A DNA stretch of 63,432 bases, filler included. It is 6 parts of 6 records of this genome, joined end to end, with 100 filler letters (N's around TTAATTAATTAA, not from the genome) between each part and the next. Parts side by side here need not be neighbours in the genome. Positions count along the whole stretch, not along the records: positions 1 to 18,730 come from SRR2962707_1886; positions 18,831 to 26,430 come from SRR2962707_1888; 4 more parts are not named here. One strand, written 5' to 3'. The notes beneath the pieces are model-generated. The model was not told the origin of the DNA. It was given only the letters and a program-made list of their open reading frames with translations, and searched no databases. The position numbers were made by a program, and so were the translations under genes. Below are positions 10,096 through 19,331 of the stretch, one piece after another. The first letter of the stretch is position 1. Each line of letters begins with the position of its first letter.

Positions 10096-10884
10096 ATGAA
10101 CAATGTAGCTGATCTGATCGTCACCACCAAGGCACATGGGGTGGCCCACATCCTGATAAATCGCGCCGAGAAGCGAAACGCGATGACGCTCAGCATGTGG
10201 CGCCAACTTGCCGAATCTCTCGAAGCGCTATCAACACAGCCGGATCTCCGGGTGCTGATTATCTCCGGAGCGGGTGATCGCAGTTTCTGTGCGGGCAACG
10301 ACATCAAGGAATATGCCACTATTCGCGCAACCCCCGAACAACGGCAAACCTACGATGCCGTGACGACGAAAACATATACCCTGCTCCGGGAGTTTCCGCG
10401 GCCGACGATCGCCTGCATTCGCGGGTTTTGCGTCGGCGGCGGCCTCGAACTCGCCCTGCTTTGCGACCTTCAAGTCGCGTCCCTGGAGGCAACCTTCGGT
10501 GTGACGCCGGCCAAGCTCGGGATCGGGTACAAGCTGGAGGACATCGAACTCCTGCTCGCACACGTTTCGCCGAAACATGCGAAGGAAATTCTGTTTACCG
10601 CCGCGCGTTTCACCACGTCAGACGCCGTACGTTGGGGCCTGATCAACCGTGCGGTCGATGCGTCTGAGCTGGAATCTCACGTCAACGCGCTGGCCGCCCA
10701 GATCGCCGCCAACGCCCCCATAACGGTCAGTGCGATCAAGACGTGCCTGGCGGAAGCCGTAAAAGCCGAGCCGAACCGAGAACTGTGCGACGAACTCGTG
10801 GCGGCCTGCGATGCCAGCGAGGACCGGATCGAAGGGCAGTCCGCCTTTGCCGAAAAACGTGATCCCGCTTTCAGGGGCGTTTAA
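10096..10884 (+). CDS. Enoyl-CoA hydratase/isomerase (crotonase) family protein
   Basis: NRAEKRNAM, FCAGNDI, GGGLELALLCD, AFAEKRDPAFRG. Confidence 0.9.
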   Translation: MNNVADLIVTTKAHGVAHILINRAEKRNAMTLSMWRQLAESLEALSTQPDLRVLIISGAGDRSFCAGNDIKEYATIRATPEQRQTYDAVTTKTYTLLREFPRPTIACIRGFCVGGGLELALLCDLQVASLEATFGVTPAKLGIGYKLEDIELLLAHVSPKHAKEILFTAARFTTSDAVRWGLINRAVDASELESHVNALAAQIAANAPITVSAIKTCLAEAVKAEPNRELCDELVAACDASEDRIEGQSAFAEKRDPAFRGV

Positions 10885-10924
10885 GGGTTGTCACCTCAGC
10901 CGGTCAGGTGACGATAACTGTGTC

Positions 10925-13900
10925 TCAATCCGCCGCCGCGACGGACGCCATCTGGCGCGAGATCAGTTGCGCGTAAGCACCGCCGGCGGCCAGCAATTCA
11001 TCGTGCGTGCCGGTTTCAAGTACCCTGCCCTGCTCCAGCACCACGATCAGATCCGCGTCGCGGATCGTCGATAGCCGGTGCGCGATGACGACGGTTGTCC
11101 GGTTTGCCTGCAACCGGTCGAGGGTCTTGCGCAGCGCCTGTTCGTTGACGGCATCCAGGTGAGACGTCGCTTCGTCGAGAATAAGCACCGGCGCATCCTT
11201 CAGAAAGGCCCGCGCAATCGCGACCCGCTGCCGCTGCCCACCGGAAAGGCTGGTGCCGCGTTCGCCGACCTGCGTATCGAGACCGTCCGGCAGGGTATCG
11301 ACCAGATCCGTCAGCGATGCATACGCGACGGCAGACCGCAACGCCGCGTCGTCGGCATCCGGGCGGCCGATCAGGATGTTGGCGCGAAGCGTGTCGTTGA
11401 AAAGGTAGGTGTCCTGCGCCACCAGTGCGATGCGCCGGCGCAGATCATCCAGTTCGTAGCGGCGCAGATCGACGCCGTTCATGGTGACGGTTCCCCGGTC
11501 CGGGTCCCAGAACCGCATCAACAATTGCGCCAAGGTCGTCTTCCCCGCCCCCGAGGTGCCGACCAGCGCGACCGTTTGGCCGGCCGGGATGGAGAAATTG
11601 ACGTTTTTCAGCGCCTGCCGATTTTGCCCTGGGTAGGAAAAATCGACGTCCACCAGAGACAATTCCACGGCTTCCGTGTGCGCCGGCACCCCCGGCCCGT
11701 CCTGCACAGCCACCGGCTCGTTTTCAAGCGCGTAGACCCGCCGCGTCGCGCCCAACGTGTCGGCCAGTTGCCGGCCGATCTGGGCAATCTCGGATACCGG
11801 CAGAAACGCCGCCATCGCGAGCAACGTCAGCAGCGGCAGCAGCGCCGGATCGAGACCGCCCCGGGCCGCGATGGTGCCGCCGGTAACAACCACCGCAAGC
11901 CCCCCGAGCCCGGTCAGCACCTCGAGCAGACTATGCTGCAGGGTCAATTCCGCAAAGAACGGCAGGCGAAGCCGGGCATGCGTTTCCGTCAGCGCATCCA
12001 GACGCTCGCCGCGACGGGCTTCCTGCTGGAAGGCAACGATCTCGGTCATCCCCTGTACCGCATCGACCGCGAACGCGGACAGCTCGCCCGCCGCCTCGCG
12101 CGCTCTGGAACCGAGCCAATCGACCCGCTTTCGGAGCAACAGCGGGCTGAGGCCGACGGCGACCAGGAACGGCGCCAGGGCAAGCGCGACCCAGATACTC
12201 TGCGATGCCAGTACGGCAAGAACGCCCGCCGGCACGAGAATGGCGACGAAGGCCGGCGCGACCGTATGTGCAAAGAAGTATTCGACCAGTTCAATGTCGT
12301 TGGTGGCAAGCGCCATCAGATCACCGGTCCGCCGCCGCACCAGGTAAGCCGGTGCCAGCTCGTCGAGCTTGCGGAAGGCGGCAATCCGCATTTCCGCCAA
12401 TAGACGGAACGCCATATCGTGCGCCGTCCATGATTCCAGCCAGTGCAGGACCCCGGATATCGGCGCCATGACCGCGAGCCCCCAGAGCCAGGGCTCGATC
12501 GGCTGGCCGTTCTTCAAGGCGTAGACCGTGAATGCGCTGAGCACGCCAACCCCGATAAAAGCCAGTACCCGCAAAACACCGAACGAGAAGGTCGCGACCA
12601 ACTTGGCTTTCCACGGCATGATCACCTTCATCAAAACCGCGACGACCTGATACCACGTCAATCCCTCGGCAGCGATGATCCCCTCCGTCGGTGCTGCATT
12701 GGCCCCGCCGGGGACGTCCGCGATTGTTTCCGCCGCCGGGGCGGCAGTCGCCGCCTTGAGGGCGCCGACGTTGTGCCGTTCGCGCGCCTGTTCCGACATC
12801 AGCCGGGCATAGACGCCGTTCTCCTGCATCAGCACCGCGTGGCTGCCGCTTTCGACGATCCGCCCTTCGTCGAGGACGAGGATGCGGTCGCAACCGATGA
12901 CGCTCGACAAACGGTGCGCCAACGTCAGCGTCGTGCGCCCCTTCATCAATCGGTCCAGGGCTTCTTGAATTGTCGCCTCGTTCTCGGCGTCGACGGCCGA
13001 CAATGCCTCGTCGAGCACAAGGATCGGCGCATCGCGCAGCAGCGCCCGCGCAATGGCGACCCGTTGGCGCTGACCGCCGGAAAGCTTGATGCCCTTCTCG
13101 CCGATGACGGTGTCATAGCCCTGCGGCAGCGTCATGATGAAGTCGTGGATGTTGGCAGTTTCTGCCGCCGCGCGGACGTCGTCCGCTGTCGCGTCCGGCC
13201 GCCCGACGCGGATGTTGTCATCAATGGTGCCGTGAAACAGGAACGTGTCCTGATTGACGACCGAGATCATGGCGCGGATCTGCTCGAACGAGAGATCGCG
13301 CAGATCGTGCCCGCCGATGCGGATGCCGCCCTTCTCGGGATCATAGAAGCGCAGCAAAAGGCGGACGATCGACGACTTCCCGCCACCCGACGTGCCGACA
13401 ACGCCGATCCGCGCCCCGGCGGCGATATGGAAATCGAGACCGTTGTGCACCGTGCGCCGTGTGCCCGGATAACGGAAATGGACGTCATCGAAATCGATGG
13501 TCGGCGCCAGCGGGGCATCAAGCGGGGCCGGACCCGCATCGGCAACGAGCGGTGCCTGATCGAGAATCCGATAGATTCCTTGCGCCGCCGACATACCGAC
13601 CATCCCCTGGTGCAGCACGGTCCGCAGTTCCCGCATCGGCCGATAGACCTCAACGCCGAGCATCAGAATGATGAGCAGTGCCGAGAGCTGCATTTCACCG
13701 CTCTCGACACGCATGGCGCCGACGGCAAGCGCCGCCGCCGCGCCGCAAGCGATGGACGTGTCGGTGATGCCGCGGCCAAGGGCGCTCGTCGCGAGCACCC
13801 ACATCGTCCGTTGAAACACGTCCCGGGCCTTGAATTCGAGAACGTCTGCCCGCGCCTTGCTCTGTCCGAAGGCCTTCAGCGTTGCCAGCCCCTGGATGGA

Positions 13901-14500
13901 ATCCAGAAACTCGGCGGCAAATCGGGCGTACGCGACCTGGCGGCCACGGGCATTGCGTACGTCCCAGCGGTGCCACAGGGCGGGCGCAAACAGGGCGATG
14001 GCCGCGAATAACAGCGTGACGGCCGCGACCGGCACGTCGATCGAGGCAACCACGCAGAAAATCAGGATCGGCGTCAGGAGCGCGATCAGGAACTGCGGCA
14101 GGAACTGTCCGAAGTAGGTTTCAAGCTGCTCGACACCGTCGATCAGGGATAACGACAAGGCGCCGGAACGGCTTGTCGCGACGGTGCCGGGTCCGAGCGC
14201 GGCGATCTTGTCATAGATGGTGCGGCGGACTTTCTTTTGCACCCGGGCCGCGGTCTCATGAGCAACCAGCGCCCGCCAGTGCTCGAACACGCCCCGGAGC
14301 ACCATGACCACGGCGATCATGGCAATCGGCATCATCAGTTCCGCCGGTTCATCGCCGGCGAAGATGCGGCCGATCAACCAGCCCAGGAGACCGAGACGGG
14401 CCATCCCAAAACCGACGGCAACAAGCCCGATCAGTGTCGCCCATGCGATGCGGCCTCTGACACCATCGGTGAATGACCATAGCCGCCGTTCGAAGTGCAT
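10925..14500 (-). CDS. Full-length fused type IV ABC transporter (TMD-NBD-TMD-NBD), IrtAB/YbtPQ/CydDC-like
   Basis: Two hydrophobic domains and two NBDs: GTSGGGKS/LSGGQRQR/LDEALS and GTSGAGKT/LSGGQRQR/LDEATS. Confidence 0.9.
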   Translation of the reverse strand: MHFERRLWSFTDGVRGRIAWATLIGLVAVGFGMARLGLLGWLIGRIFAGDEPAELMMPIAMIAVVMVLRGVFEHWRALVAHETAARVQKKVRRTIYDKIAALGPGTVATSRSGALSLSLIDGVEQLETYFGQFLPQFLIALLTPILIFCVVASIDVPVAAVTLLFAAIALFAPALWHRWDVRNARGRQVAYARFAAEFLDSIQGLATLKAFGQSKARADVLEFKARDVFQRTMWVLATSALGRGITDTSIACGAAAALAVGAMRVESGEMQLSALLIILMLGVEVYRPMRELRTVLHQGMVGMSAAQGIYRILDQAPLVADAGPAPLDAPLAPTIDFDDVHFRYPGTRRTVHNGLDFHIAAGARIGVVGTSGGGKSSIVRLLLRFYDPEKGGIRIGGHDLRDLSFEQIRAMISVVNQDTFLFHGTIDDNIRVGRPDATADDVRAAAETANIHDFIMTLPQGYDTVIGEKGIKLSGGQRQRVAIARALLRDAPILVLDEALSAVDAENEATIQEALDRLMKGRTTLTLAHRLSSVIGCDRILVLDEGRIVESGSHAVLMQENGVYARLMSEQARERHNVGALKAATAAPAAETIADVPGGANAAPTEGIIAAEGLTWYQVVAVLMKVIMPWKAKLVATFSFGVLRVLAFIGVGVLSAFTVYALKNGQPIEPWLWGLAVMAPISGVLHWLESWTAHDMAFRLLAEMRIAAFRKLDELAPAYLVRRRTGDLMALATNDIELVEYFFAHTVAPAFVAILVPAGVLAVLASQSIWVALALAPFLVAVGLSPLLLRKRVDWLGSRAREAAGELSAFAVDAVQGMTEIVAFQQEARRGERLDALTETHARLRLPFFAELTLQHSLLEVLTGLGGLAVVVTGGTIAARGGLDPALLPLLTLLAMAAFLPVSEIAQIGRQLADTLGATRRVYALENEPVAVQDGPGVPAHTEAVELSLVDVDFSYPGQNRQALKNVNFSIPAGQTVALVGTSGAGKTTLAQLLMRFWDPDRGTVTMNGVDLRRYELDDLRRRIALVAQDTYLFNDTLRANILIGRPDADDAALRSAVAYASLTDLVDTLPDGLDTQVGERGTSLSGGQRQRVAIARAFLKDAPVLILDEATSHLDAVNEQALRKTLDRLQANRTTVVIAHRLSTIRDADLIVVLEQGRVLETGTHDELLAAGGAYAQLISRQMASVAAAD

Positions 14501-14793
14501 GTGTCGTGTCTCCCTGGAAAACGACTGCGACGTCGCCGTTATTCAAACTGTGAAGGGCTGTCTCTGGCAAAACAGGTGGAACCTGCAATCCTCACCGGAT
14601 CGTCCCACGGGTCAAGCCCGGATCGACGGACGGGATTTTGCGGAAACACCCATTGTTCCAGTTGTTTTTCCGCGGAAATCCGGGGTATTATGAAAGCTAG
14701 TCAGACGCCTTCAGACGAATCCAACCAGACTCCAAGCCCCGTCACGATTCAGGCAATCACCCCTTTTTCTCATATGAAAAAAAGAGAATATAA

Positions 14794-15603
14794 ATGACAA
14801 CGAACATCCCCTTTTCGATGGTCCCGCTCCCCGCACAGCGATCCCAAAAACCCCGCACAACGGGACTGACCATGATGATGGACTGGGGTTTGCCGATAAA
14901 TCAGGCTTCCGATTACATGGGGCTTTTGGCCCCGTATGTGGATCTGGTCAAAATCGTCGTCGGGACGGCCCGGCTCTATCCGGAAGACTATCTCGTCAAG
15001 AAACTGAACATCTACAAAGCCGCCGGCGTCATGCCGTTTCTGGGCGGACAGTTTTCAGAATATGTATTCGCGACCCAGGGATGGAGCGCCATGCAGGGCT
15101 TCTTCGCGGAAGCCAAGCGGCTTGGTTTCGACGCGCTCGAGATTTCCGATAACTGCGTCCCGCTCGACGATCAGGAACGCGCCAGGATGATCAAGATGGC
15201 GGTCGCCGAAGGTCTGGAAGTCCATGGCGAGGTCGGCTCCAAGGTCGTCAACCAGTCACCCGATGACCTGATTGACCAGACCAAGGTCTGCTTCGACGCC
15301 GGCTGCCACATCGTCCTCGTCGAGGGGGCGGAACTGGTGACCAATGGCAAGGTCAACGAGGCGATGATGACGGCGCTCAAGAGCGGGCTCGACCTTGAGC
15401 GTACATTGATGGAACTGACCGGTCCGTGGATCAAGGGCGTGACGCTGAATGACGTCTTCGAATTGAAGAAGTTTCTGCTGACCGAGTTCGGCCCGGATGT
15501 AAACCTGGCCAACGTCATGCCGCAAGACGTCATCGAGACCGAGGCCTACAGGTGCGGTCTTTCCGTGGTCGGCCCGACGTCCAGGTCCCACCCGTCGGAA
15601 TAG
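14794..15603 (+). CDS. Phosphosulfolactate synthase (ComA/HSA32)-family protein, divergent
   Basis: KPRTTGLTMMMDWGL, VDLVKIVVGT, GFDALEISD, GEVGSK, FGPDVNLANV, ETEAYRCGL match the ComA TIM-barrel pattern. Confidence 0.8.
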   Translation: MTTNIPFSMVPLPAQRSQKPRTTGLTMMMDWGLPINQASDYMGLLAPYVDLVKIVVGTARLYPEDYLVKKLNIYKAAGVMPFLGGQFSEYVFATQGWSAMQGFFAEAKRLGFDALEISDNCVPLDDQERARMIKMAVAEGLEVHGEVGSKVVNQSPDDLIDQTKVCFDAGCHIVLVEGAELVTNGKVNEAMMTALKSGLDLERTLMELTGPWIKGVTLNDVFELKKFLLTEFGPDVNLANVMPQDVIETEAYRCGLSVVGPTSRSHPSE

Positions 15604-15623
15604 AACTCAGGCGCCGTTCATCT

Positions 15624-16178
15624 TCAGCGGCCCCCCTGCGGTCCTGCTTTCGCAAACCACTCGGCCATGTATCCGGCTCTGCTGCGCTCCACCGCCAGCG
15701 ACCAGTTCGCCTCAGCCTGACGCCAGATCAGCACAGGCACATCGGCAAACAACGTCCGCTTCATGCACCCGGCCGCGAGACCGTCCACGGAAAGAGAGAC
15801 GAACCCGCCCCGGGCCAGCAACGCCGCCGCGCCGGGGCCGGAAAGCTCGAACCAGTGCAGCGCATCGCTGTAGGGCGTGGCATGAACGCGGCGGTCGGGG
15901 AAGGCGTTGCCAATCGCCGCCAGCACAGCCGCTTCATCGTCTTGCTCAACCCGCAACAGCCACGATCTCGGCGACAACCAGAATGCCGTATGCGGGGCCT
16001 CAATACACACCGTTCCCGGTGCCGTCGGTACGGTGATAGCACAGCTTTCACTGAGCGCCGCGGCGGCCTCGGCGCCATCAATGGCGCTGACGATGAGCAC
16101 ATACGCGCAACCGTCCGCAGTGCAGATTTCAATCTGCGACATATCCAGCGGCGTCCCGGCGGCATCCAGCGTATTCAT
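15624..16178 (-). CDS. soxG: Heterotetrameric sarcosine oxidase family gamma subunit
   Basis: WLSPRSWLL, ELSGPGA, VERSRAGYMAEW. Overlaps the stop of the alpha subunit. Confidence 0.75.
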   Translation of the reverse strand: MNTLDAAGTPLDMSQIEICTADGCAYVLIVSAIDGAEAAAALSESCAITVPTAPGTVCIEAPHTAFWLSPRSWLLRVEQDDEAAVLAAIGNAFPDRRVHATPYSDALHWFELSGPGAAALLARGGFVSLSVDGLAAGCMKRTLFADVPVLIWRQAEANWSLAVERSRAGYMAEWFAKAGPQGGR

Positions 16179-18730
16179 GCCATCAGCCTTTCGTTGTCGG
16201 GATCATAGGGGCCGGGGCGGCAGACCTCTGCCTTGATGACATCACCGTCGTCATAGATCCGAACCGTCTCGCCCATGCGTTCGCTGCCGTTCTCAAGCAG
16301 CGCCAGCCCCACATGGTAGCCGAGCGATGGACTGAAGCACGCCGAGGTGACATATCCCTCGCTCCGGCACGGGGGCCGGGTATCGTCACCTACAAGAATC
16401 CGTCCGCCGGCCCTGAGGGGTGCCGCCGTGCATTTGATCCCGACCAGCTGTTCGCGGTTTTCGCTCACCGCGTAGGCCAGGGACAATGAGCGGCGGCCGA
16501 TGAAGTCACCTGGCTTTTTATCAATGATGCCGCCCATGCCGAGATCGAGCGGCGTCGTGCGCCCGTTGGTGTCCGCGCCGACATGCAGATAGCCCTTTTC
16601 AAGACGCAGCCGCAGCCATGCTTCCAGCCCGACGAGGCATCCGCCCATCGGCGCGGCGATCTCCATCAATCGTTCGAGCAGGGTGTCCCCCTGGGCTGCC
16701 GGGACATTGATCTCGTATTGCAGCTCGCCGGTAAAGCTGACCCGGGACACCCGCGTCACCATCCCGCCGGCAACCCCTTCGCGAAAAGACATGTGCGGAA
16801 ATGCTGTGCTCGAAATATCGAAATCCGGTAACAGTGCGGCCAGCACCTCACGCGCGCGGGGGCCGGCAACGGCAATCGATGCCCAGTTCGACGTCACCGG
16901 TGCGACGGCGACCCGCATCGACGGCCATTCGGTCTGGCGCCAGCGTTCCAGCCATGCCGCGACCGTATCCGCGTTCCCCGACGAACACCCGACGACAAAA
17001 AGATTGTCGTCGATACAGGTGAGCACACCGTCATCGAAGATCACCCCGTCTTCGTGCAGCATCAGCGAATAGCGGATGCGCCCGGGCTTCAGGGTCGTGA
17101 TATTGGAAACGTAAAACAGGTCGAGAAACGCCCGCGCGTCGGGACCGGCGACCTCGATCTTGCCCAGTGGCGAGCCGTCGAACAGGCCGACGGCGTGACG
17201 GACCGCCGCCATTTCCTTTTGGGCCGCCACTTCACGACCGTTGCCGTTCTGCCGGTACCAGTCGGGCCGGAGCCAGCCGACATCTTCGAACACCGCGCCT
17301 GCTGCTACATGGATGTCATGGGCCGGAAGATGCCGGGCCGCACGGTACAGCGCGCCGGTCCTGTTCGCGGCGACGGCTCCCATCGGCACCGCCGTATAGG
17401 GGGGGCGAAACGTGGTGGTGCCGACCTCGGAGATGTCGCGTCCGCTAAGACCGGCCATGATCGCCAGTCCGTTGATGTTCGAGGTGCGCCCCTGATCGGT
17501 GCCCATGCCGAGGGTGGTGTAGCGTTTCAGATGCTCCACCGAGACGTAGCCTTCGCGGGACGCAAGTTCGATATCGGCGACGGTGACGTCATTCTGCAGA
17601 TCGACGAACATCGTCCCTGTATCCCCCGTTGGCGGACGCCAGTAGGCTTCGATGTTGAACGGGTTGGTGACGGCGTCTGCGGCATCCTGTTTCTTGCCCA
17701 ACACCGCATGCGCCGCCGCAACACCGCTGGCGCGGGCCTGATCCGGGGTCATCGGGGACTGCACGTCCCCGGCCCCGGTCCAGTTGTCCGGCAACACCCC
17801 CGGCACGAATGCCGCAATATCCGGATCATAGACCGGCTTGCTGCCCCGGTGCGCAGCCAGATGCACCAATGGCGAGACCCCGCCGGCAAGCGCCAGACCG
17901 TCGCATTCGATGCGCCGCGCCGCCCCTCCGGACCGTGCACGCACGGTAATTCCGCTGAGCCGAGTGCTGCCGTGGGTATCGGTGATTTCCGATCCCGTCA
18001 TCAGCGGAATGCCTTGCGCCTCAAGCACCGATTGCAGCCGCTCGGGCGTCGTATCTCGGACGTCGATAACGCAAGCCACCTCGATCCCGGCGCGCGATGC
18101 AACAAGGGCGGCATCGTAGCCTGCATCGTTGTTGGTGAAGACGCAGACCCGCGTTGCCGGGATCACGGCGAATTCCCTGATATAGCGCGACATCGCCGAG
18201 GCCAGCATGACTCCCGGCCGGTCGTTGCCGGGAAAGACCAGAGGGCGCTCAACCGAGCCTGTCGCCAAAATCACTTTTCCGGCCCTGAGTTTCCAATGCC
18301 GCTGCAGTTCAACGCCGTCATCGGCATGCACGGATTGCAGCAGCGTGAAGACGTTCCCTTCATACGCCCCGGTGACGACGGTGCTGCCCAGTACGTGAAT
18401 ATCGTCGGCAGCATCAAGGGCGGCTGCGGTGTCGTGTAGCCACACATCTGCGGTGCGCCCGTCAATGTCGGCGTCGGTCCACGCCAGTGCACCGCCCAGT
18501 CGCGACCGGTCATCGGCCAGCACAACCTTGCAACCACTGTTGATCAGCGCATGCGCCGCAGCCATCCCGGCGGTCCCGCCACCGATGATCAGCACGTCAC
18601 AACTGGCGTGCACGCGCTCGGCGGGCCGGACGGCGGCGGTCGCATCGATATGCCCGAACCCGGTGGTGCGGCGGATCAACGGCTCGAACCAGCGCCAGTT
18701 CGGCCACATGAAAGTCTTGTAGTAGAACCC
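16175..18730 (-). CDS. soxA: Heterotetrameric sarcosine oxidase family alpha subunit (5' truncated at contig end)
   Basis: The frame is open to the contig edge (GFYYKTFMWP). DVLIIGGGTAG, FVDLQNDVT, EHLKRYTTLGMGTDQG, TTFRPPY and a GcvT-like C-terminus. Confidence 0.92.
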   Translation of the reverse strand, partial: GFYYKTFMWPNWRWFEPLIRRTTGFGHIDATAAVRPAERVHASCDVLIIGGGTAGMAAAHALINSGCKVVLADDRSRLGGALAWTDADIDGRTADVWLHDTAAALDAADDIHVLGSTVVTGAYEGNVFTLLQSVHADDGVELQRHWKLRAGKVILATGSVERPLVFPGNDRPGVMLASAMSRYIREFAVIPATRVCVFTNNDAGYDAALVASRAGIEVACVIDVRDTTPERLQSVLEAQGIPLMTGSEITDTHGSTRLSGITVRARSGGAARRIECDGLALAGGVSPLVHLAAHRGSKPVYDPDIAAFVPGVLPDNWTGAGDVQSPMTPDQARASGVAAAHAVLGKKQDAADAVTNPFNIEAYWRPPTGDTGTMFVDLQNDVTVADIELASREGYVSVEHLKRYTTLGMGTDQGRTSNINGLAIMAGLSGRDISEVGTTTFRPPYTAVPMGAVAANRTGALYRAARHLPAHDIHVAAGAVFEDVGWLRPDWYRQNGNGREVAAQKEMAAVRHAVGLFDGSPLGKIEVAGPDARAFLDLFYVSNITTLKPGRIRYSLMLHEDGVIFDDGVLTCIDDNLFVVGCSSGNADTVAAWLERWRQTEWPSMRVAVAPVTSNWASIAVAGPRAREVLAALLPDFDISSTAFPHMSFREGVAGGMVTRVSRVSFTGELQYEINVPAAQGDTLLERLMEIAAPMGGCLVGLEAWLRLRLEKGYLHVGADTNGRTTPLDLGMGGIIDKKPGDFIGRRSLSLAYAVSENREQLVGIKCTAAPLRAGGRILVGDDTRPPCRSEGYVTSACFSPSLGYHVGLALLENGSERMGETVRIYDDGDVIKAEVCRPGPYDPDNERLMA

Positions 18731-18830
18731 NNNNNNNNNNNNNNNNNNNNNNNNNNNNNNNNNNNNNNNNNNNNTTAATTAATTAANNNNNNNNNNNNNN
18801 NNNNNNNNNNNNNNNNNNNNNNNNNNNNNN
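18731..18830. other. Artificial contig spacer
   Basis: N-run, TTAATTAATTAA (stops in all six frames), N-run; 100 nt. Confidence 0.99.
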
Positions 18831-19331
18831 CAAGGGTATTCCGAGGCCGCACGGGCCGTATTGGCGCAGCCGGATGGCGTTGCGTGGGTCATATTTGATG
18901 CGCGGATCGCCGACATTTCCCGCCAGTTCGAAGATTTCAAGAACGCTGAAGGCCAAGGTGCGGTGATCACCGATGACACTTTCGAAACACTGGCAGCAAA
19001 GGCCGGATTGCCCGCAGATGCCGTGGTAAAAACGATGTCTGATATCCCCACGGATGGCCGTGACGCTTTTGGCCGCGTATGGGACACCCCTGCCCTCTCC
19101 CCGCCGTTCTGCGCGGTCAAGGTGACTGGCGCGCTGTTCCACACGCAGGGCGGCCTTGAGGTTGACCCTAGCACGGCAAAGGTGCGCAGGGCGGCGGGTG
19201 GTACATTCGACAATCTATACGCCGCTGGTGGGGCCGCTTGCGGGGTCTCGGGCAAGGGCGACAGCGGCTATCTGTCTGGCAACGGCCTGCTGGCGGCCGT
19301 CACCTTGGGGTTCCTCGCGGGACGCGGTTAA
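18831..19331 (+). CDS. FAD-binding oxidoreductase, fumarate reductase/3-ketosteroid dehydrogenase flavoprotein family (C-terminal fragment)
   Basis: ALFHTQGGLEVD, NLYAAGGAACG, YLSGNGLLAAVTLGFLAG. Confidence 0.8.
   Translation, partial: QGYSEAARAVLAQPDGVAWVIFDARIADISRQFEDFKNAEGQGAVITDDTFETLAAKAGLPADAVVKTMSDIPTDGRDAFGRVWDTPALSPPFCAVKVTGALFHTQGGLEVDPSTAKVRRAAGGTFDNLYAAGGAACGVSGKGDSGYLSGNGLLAAVTLGFLAGRG

Noticed and set aside
11078-14011. Long plus-strand ORFs (441 aa and 522 aa), and similar ones at 8189-9409 and 17054-18439
   Set aside because: They are antisense shadows of well-supported GC-rich genes and carry no recognisable motifs.
14794-15603. Coenzyme M biosynthesis cluster
   Set aside because: Only a ComA-like gene is present; none of the archaeal or bacterial downstream enzymes are on the contig.
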